Assembly (NCBI GenBank): GCA_964035545.1 | Contig: CAXIUT010000053.1 | Location: 1 to 46,579, forward strand | DNA: 46,579 bases | Direction: 5' to 3' | DNA from: Bugula neritina | Taxonomy: Eukaryota; Animalia; Bryozoa | Shown: piece by piece, positions 40,230-46,579 of the stretch | How positions within the stretch are numbered: the first letter of the stretch is position 1 | Layout: each line of letters begins with the position of its first letter | Program-made: the position numbers and the translations under genes | The notes under the pieces: model-generated | Databases searched by the model: none | What the model saw: the letters and a program-made list of their open reading frames with translations, nothing else | Told to the model about the DNA's origin: nothing

Positions 40230-41369
40230 ATGGAAAAGCCAATGACTGAACTAGATAACTTTATCCTCAGAAACAACCAGCAACCAACTCCTAGACGTTC
40301 TTACATCTCTTCTCAACCTCCCAAACAAATGCAACCTCACCAGACTTCCAAAAATTATCTCAATCTAAAAGAAAATAAACCTCTTATCAATAACATGTCT
40401 CGATCTCCTCGTAGATCTGTCTCTAAAAACACCTTTTCATCAAAAGAAAATTCAGAATCTTCTCTTATTATATCAAGAAAAAGGAACAAAAGCAAGAGAT
40501 CCGTTAAAACTAATAAAAGATATTGTGAAAATCATTAATAAAGTTAAGGAGTTTATCATATCAATATAGAAGGATAAAATCTCTACTATTGCTAGAGATG
40601 TGCTGCTAAACTTAAAAACCAAGGATTTCCTGTTAAATATGAAAACTCTTCTATCAATACCAATCAATAAACCTTTTAGAATAGTGGTAGTAGTGAAATG
40701 CTATCAACTTTTAGACATCTTGAAGGATATCCTCAATTCTAGACTCTTAAAGTTTTGTTAAATCATATTTACAACATGCAAGTGGAAATGAGAAATGGAG
40801 AAAATCAATCTAACAGTAACTAGATTATTTCTAAATCTTATGAATAGTTTGAAGAGTATATGGATAAAGTGGAATAAGTAGTCAAATATCATCGATAATA
40901 GGGAAGAAATTTGTATAAAAAGTTGAAGAATAATTACTAGAGACAACCAATAAATGAATAAAGTTTAATAAGTAATTCTTTAAATGACTTGTAAATAATG
41001 AAAAATGATATTGAAGGAAATATTGAATCGATTGTTACTGATGTTGATTAATCAATTTTTGAACAATGTGTATAAAGTTACAAATAAAGATTAGATTAAA
41101 TTAGCAATGTGACTCAAATTCATCAATAAAACTTTTAAAAATTTAAAAGATAAGTATAAAATATTCAACAAGAAACTTGTTAAACTATGAAAATCGATTT
41201 ATAAAAAGCTCTTAATGATAAAAATAAGTAAATCTAAGGAGATGATATTCTTTGTAATGAAGGTCTCTAGGATAACAATACATTCGAAAATCGAGGAATT
41301 GTGAAGCATCTATTTCCAGAAGAAAGAAACGTCGGTAGAAAACGAATTCAAAGTAAAAAAATGATCTGA
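40230..41369 (+). CDS. Hypothetical Ser-rich/coiled-coil protein (379 aa)
   Basis: ATG..TGA span is a multiple of 3 in code 30. Confidence 0.65.
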
Positions 41370-41411
41370 TATATGCATATTATCTTTAAAATATATAAAA
41401 TCATTATTAAA

Positions 41412-42998
41412 TCAAGTTTGATTATACATTCTCAAAAAAGTAGGAAATCGTGGTTTTCCTGATTCTTTATTAAACTATTGATATTTATATGTTATTATTG
41501 ATCCTAATTATGGAGGATTCTTTCTCATTTCATCGTTTAGTCCGCTTCCTACTTCAAATAATATCCCTTTTCCATTTCTAACTCTCAATGCTCCAGTTAC
41601 TCCTGCATTCCTTCCTGATCCCTCTCTATAACCTATCACTTCAGCTTAATCATCATAAAATGTTTTAACCTTTTGCAAAGTTTTTGACCTTTTATTTTAA
41701 TAATATGCTTCAGGCTATCTCAACATAATACCTTATCCTCCAGCTTTATTAACAATATCTAACTCTTTAAAAAGATCTTAAAAACCCTAACATAATCTAT
41801 GGGCATGGCATTTTATAAATGGATTATTTATCTTAGCTAATTCCTATTGTAATCTTTTGATTCTAACTTAAAAGGTTTATTTTAGACCTGGAGCATCAAA
41901 GACAAGATACTTTACATTTTCCCATTATGAAATTATTGGAATATTCTTTTTGATAGCCGATAAGGTTGCTGAAAACTTACCTCTTCCTATGAATAACTAT
42001 CCATCTAGTTGACTTCTAGGCCAATTTTTAGTAAAAAAGCTAGGAAAATTAAACTTATTTCCATTTCTTGAAAACATCTATGTTCCTGTCCAAATACACC
42101 TAACTCCATCTAACTTCTAACTCATAATCCAACCAGCCGGATCAACTTATTTATAATTATGAGCCAATAAACACTAAATACACTAGTTACTAGGAGGTCC
42201 AAGTCGATTATTTGGTAAGTATATATTTATTCCTTCTTATTATTTGCTGAATTCTAACTTTTAATCAATTGCAGTATTGGTCATTGATATCAGTGATTTA
42301 TTTGTGTCTTTTGAATGAGCGAATGGATTGGGAATTGTACTTTTATCTTTGCGAGTTGTTTATAAATTTCGTTATAAATGAGTAGATGTTACTATTGGTT
42401 TGTAGCCTTCTGATTAGAGTTGTCTTTATTTTCTTAAAACTAAATTAAATGCATCGTTGTAACTCGGATAGGTTCTTGTTTGACTCTGTTATTATTAACC
42501 TTTTTTACGAGTTATTTTCAATTAATTTCCTACTAAAGAATATTCTATTATTAAATCTTATTTTTGTAAACCTTTCCAAAAGGTTTTCAATGATTATTTA
42601 TTTGTGTAATCAGTTCTATTTCTTTATTATTATGTTCTATTAAAGTTGGTTTATATTTGTTTAAATTACTATTTATTTTAGATATTTTTATCTATTTTTT
42701 TTCTTCTGACTACTTTTTTATCAATAGACAAACTTTATTGAACTTTCTTAGCTGTTTTTGAGAAATATCCTTTTTGCAATTTATTTTATATTTTTTTAAT
42801 AACAGTAGCTCTAGCTAAAGTATTGTACTAATAATTTTTACTAACTTAAATAATTTTGAACTATTGATCCCTTCTTAAGACTCCTGCTCGATATTTAACA
42901 TCTCCATCTTTTATACTTACTTCCCAAAACTTATTCTTTGGACTATGTAAATATATAACTTTATTGAGATCTAATTCATAACCTTTAATTGTTTACAT
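41412..42998 (-). CDS. WGR-like domain + minimal ATP-dependent DNA ligase (Lig E/bacterial-type), 528 aa, intronless
   Basis: NKFWEV...YRAG...KLQKGY (WGR-like); WIMSEKLDGVR (motif I), LDGEL, YLVFD, GGEGIML, KVK, EVGSG, GKPRFPTFLR. Confidence 0.9.
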
Positions 42999-43184
42999 AA
43001 ATATCGTATTTATTAATATATAGAAAAGTTGTTTATTTATGTTTTTAGGGTATTAAAAAACAAATATTATTGTTAGTTGAATTATATCTAATTTTATTTA
43101 TGTATTTCTTATTTTGTATTTATATGTTATAGTAAATAAATCTTTTATATTTATAGTAAATAACTATTTTGTACTTATTAAATA

Positions 43185-44350
43185 ATGAAAGTAGATAATA
43201 TCGAAAAGCTATACTAAAAAAAGAAAGTTATTTTTCACTAAGTAAGCTAAATTCAAAATATATCTTCATTTGATACTCGTTGTGGATTGCTAGTTTCACA
43301 ACGAAAAAACTATTTAGTCTGTCATCTACTTCTATGGTTGGGAATCATCCTATATTACTCCACTACAGCATCTACTATTTTCTAGTAAAAATATGACAAA
43401 ATGTATGCTTTATTCGTTTTAACAGTTATTGCCAATATGGTTGTTCAAATATACTTGTGTTTGCTTGGAGGGACTGACCCGGGCATAATCCCCAAAATAT
43501 TACCAGCATACTAAAATAAAAATTTGATCAAAATACCAATAAGTGAATAAATGGTAGGCTAAAGACTCTTCAACAAGATATTCCAAATGAGCATAAAAAC
43601 CCACAATTTAAAAATAAAATACTGCAACACATGCAGAATATATCGACCGCCAAGGGTATCTCACTGTTCGATATGTAACATTTGTGTATAGAGGTTCGAT
43701 CATCACTGTCCTTGGGTGGGCATTTGTATAGGTAAAAGAAATTATAAATATTATTTTGGATTTATTGTCTCTCTAGCCATCATGAATATCATTGTTGGAA
43801 TTCAAGTTATCTATCTTTTGCTCAATATCGACCAATCAAATCATATGGTTATTTTTGTGTTTAATGTGATACTGTTTGTATATGATGCTGTTTTCTTTAT
43901 TTTTGTTATTGTTCTGATTTTGTTTCATAGTTATTTGATTCATAAAAATGTTACTACTGTGTAATTTTTTAATGATGTATGGGTGGATGTTTCTGGAAAT
44001 CCTTTCTATAAGTATTAATTTATCTATATAGAAACAAAATAGGTAAACACTGCTGTTCTTTATTTATGTTCTAATAAAAAAAATTACTTAACCCATAGCT
44101 AGAAATGATCGATCGCTAGAAACCTTAATCCAAAATGTTTTAATAAAAAAAATAAAAAATAACTATTTTAATGGCCTATGAAGATCAAAATTAAATATAA
44201 AATAAACCTAAACATAAAATATTAGATTTTATCAATAAGTTAGGTGAGATAAAGATATCTTATTAAGGAGACGAAAGTAAGAGATAATGTTTAAATCAGA
44301 GCGAGGTTAATCTCAAAGGATAGGAGACAAGTTTTTAATATATAGATTGA
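43185..44350 (+). CDS. DHHC palmitoyltransferase, intron 44012-44031
   Basis: [60 protein letters not shown]. Confidence 0.95.
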
Positions 44351-44391
44351 TTGATTTAACCTTAATCATTGTTATAAATTCATTTATTTAA

Positions 44392-45573
44392 ATGGCAAAA
44401 ACTGATGGCTTATCAATCATGTCTAGAATATTAGGAATAGTCCTTCCATCTATCTTCCTCATCACCAGCATCATCATGAACACTGCTTTCAGATAGAGTC
44501 TCTTTCTTATGGGAATTAACTAGGTTTCGACTATGCAATAGAATGATTCAGGAGTGATTGTCTTCATCTAGAATATATTTTCGCTGCTAGGTAATCCAGT
44601 AACAATCATTATTGTACTAGTTCTTGAAGTATTTTTCGTTAAAGTCAGAATAAGAAGTTTTGTACATATTATCTTTTTGCTTGGAGCTTTGTTTTACATG
44701 ACTGTGCTAAAATAACTTTTCCAAGAAACGAGACCTTATTGGTTTTAGTAATCTATTTAAATTAGATAATGGTTCTGTTCTAAAGATTTTGGTAATCCCA
44801 GTGGTCACTCTTTCATAGTTATCTTGCTTTATGAACCTGTGTTAAGTGATTTTTTCGGGACTGGACCTAAAAAGTTATGGATTATCTTGTGGTTTATAAT
44901 ATCAGTATTTGTATTAATTTCTAGAATGTATCTTGGTGCTCATAGTCTAGATCAAATCATTCTAGGTTGTCTTATAGGTTTTAGTTTTCTAATTTTATAT
45001 AAATACCAATTTCAAGTAATACTCTATGAAGCAATCGGCAACATTCTCAACCAAAAATACAAAAAACTCTATGCTTTGATAAACACAATAGTATTTGTAA
45101 TCTTTTTGGCTCTACCTATACTAATCTACGATATTAATTTAAACTAAAGACCAGTAGAAGAATCATTCTTGAATAGATACAATTCTAAATGCGATAGAAG
45201 TGTTACTTCATCGTAAATGCAGGAATTTAACCTCAAAAGTACATCTCTTGGCTTTATTGCTGTTGGTCTCTTCTATGGAATTCTTATGCTTCAAAATTAA
45301 CATAGAACGGATTTGTTATATTTTGTTGGAAAATGGAAATATCGTTCGAATTTAAGTCCTCTCTTCTTGCTTCTGGCACTAGTGATAGTAGTGGGAATTC
45401 CAGTTGGTATTTTAGGAATCATAATACCACACTTTGTTGATGTAGCCATTTTGGGTTTTGTCAGTACAGCTCTAGGAGCCACTTATGGGGGATTTGCTGT
45501 TATTTGTTTTATGGCAAAAGTACAAAATAAATATCGATTGATATCCTTCTAAAACAATTCTGGAAATGAGTGA
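44392..45573 (+). CDS. PAP2-superfamily integral membrane phosphatase
   Basis: K...ETRP, PSGHS, SRMYLGAH motifs; multiple TM segments. Confidence 0.9.
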
Positions 45574-45666
45574 TCTTGTATATTAGTTAATAAATTAAAA
45601 ATAATTATTCTACTAATAAGTGTAGCTTTGATTGATAACAATATCAAAAGATATATTTTTTGATAA

Positions 45667-46410
45667 ATGGCTTAAAACTAAGGAGCCGGTCTAGCAGTAG
45701 ATTCTCATAAAAATGAAGAACATCACAACACAGCAGGTGAGTATATCAAGTCATCTGTGTATGGAGGACTTGATGGTCTCTGTACAACTCTTATCATCGT
45801 TATTTCTGGAGTAGGCAGTAACCAAAGTCCATCAACTATTCTCGCTCTGGGAATAGCTTCGATGATTGGAGATGGTTTGGGCATGGCAGTAGCAGATTAT
45901 CTTGGGACTAAGAGTGATGATGAATATATGACTCAAGAATAAAATCGATAGAGAAAAGAAATCGAAGAGGATCTTGATGCTGAGAAGGCTTAAATGGTGA
46001 ACATATATTTATAAATGGGTCTGTAGAAACCTGTGGCTCATGAAATCGTTGAGATATTGAGTAAGAATCAAGAAGGTTTTCTCAAGATAATGATGATTTA
46101 GGAACTACAGTTACTAGCAGGAGAATAAAATCCTTTTACTAACAGTATTGTAACATTCTTCAGCTTTACTATCTTTGGTTTAACTCCTTTGATTCCCACT
46201 ATTGTTGCCAGGATACAAGATAGTGAGTAGCTTGATTCAGGAATTATAATTGCTACTATTATTGTGGCTGTATTCTTTTTGGGAGTGTTGGGATTTGCTA
46301 AAAGTTGTGTTGGTGGGATGGTTTGGTACTTTTCTATATTTTAAACTGTCATGATTGGAGCTATTGCATCTTCTGTTGCTTTTGGTATTGGAAAAGCTTT
46401 TGATTAGTGA
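45667..46410 (+). CDS. VIT1/CCC1 family vacuolar iron transporter
   Basis: SVYGGLDG, GMAVADYLGTKS, EKAEMVNIY, MMIEEL, FGLTPLIP. Confidence 0.92.
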
Positions 46411-46476
46411 TTATTAGAATTTGTTCATTTAATATTTATTATGGAAATTATGTTTAAATATCATTCAATGAATCAA

Positions 46477-46579
46477 GGGGTTGGGGTTGGGGTTGGGGTT
46501 GGGGTTGGGGTTGGGGTTGGGGTTGGGGTTGGGGTTGGGGTTGGGGTTGGGGTTGGGGGGGTTGGGGTTGGGGGTTGGG
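46477..46579. repeat. Right telomere (GGGGTT)n
   Basis: G4T2 repeats to the window end, in the correct polarity. Confidence 0.97.

Overview
AT-rich, telomere-capped ciliate macronuclear chromosome or contig: (CCCCAA)n at 1-78 and (GGGGTT)n at 46477-46579. About 33 tightly packed protein genes become readable only when both TAA and TAG are read as Glu and TGA is the sole stop (peritrich-type code, NCBI table 30). The supplied standard-code ORF track is therefore heavily fragmented. Nineteen of the 20 GT-AG introns I could place are exactly 20 nt long. Two internal telomeric tracts, both with the polarity of the right telomere, interrupt coding sequence. One (19775-19955) is read in frame inside a RING/B-box gene; the other (22410-22484) replaces the end of a coiled-coil gene. 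Recognisable genes include NNT, PGM3/AGM1, PI4K, NC2-alpha/DRAP1, an S28 peptidase, MORN, DHHC, PAP2, VIT1, an FCP1/SCP-type phosphatase, a SAM+PPP1R42-like LRR protein and a WGR-fused minimal ATP-dependent DNA ligase. There are also two paralogous coiled-coil/C2H2 genes and a 74-aa acidic protein with a PKI-like RTGKRRNAI motif. Scattered single-base indels in homopolymers look like sequencing errors, so some boundaries are approximate. All translation was done by hand and no database searches were run.
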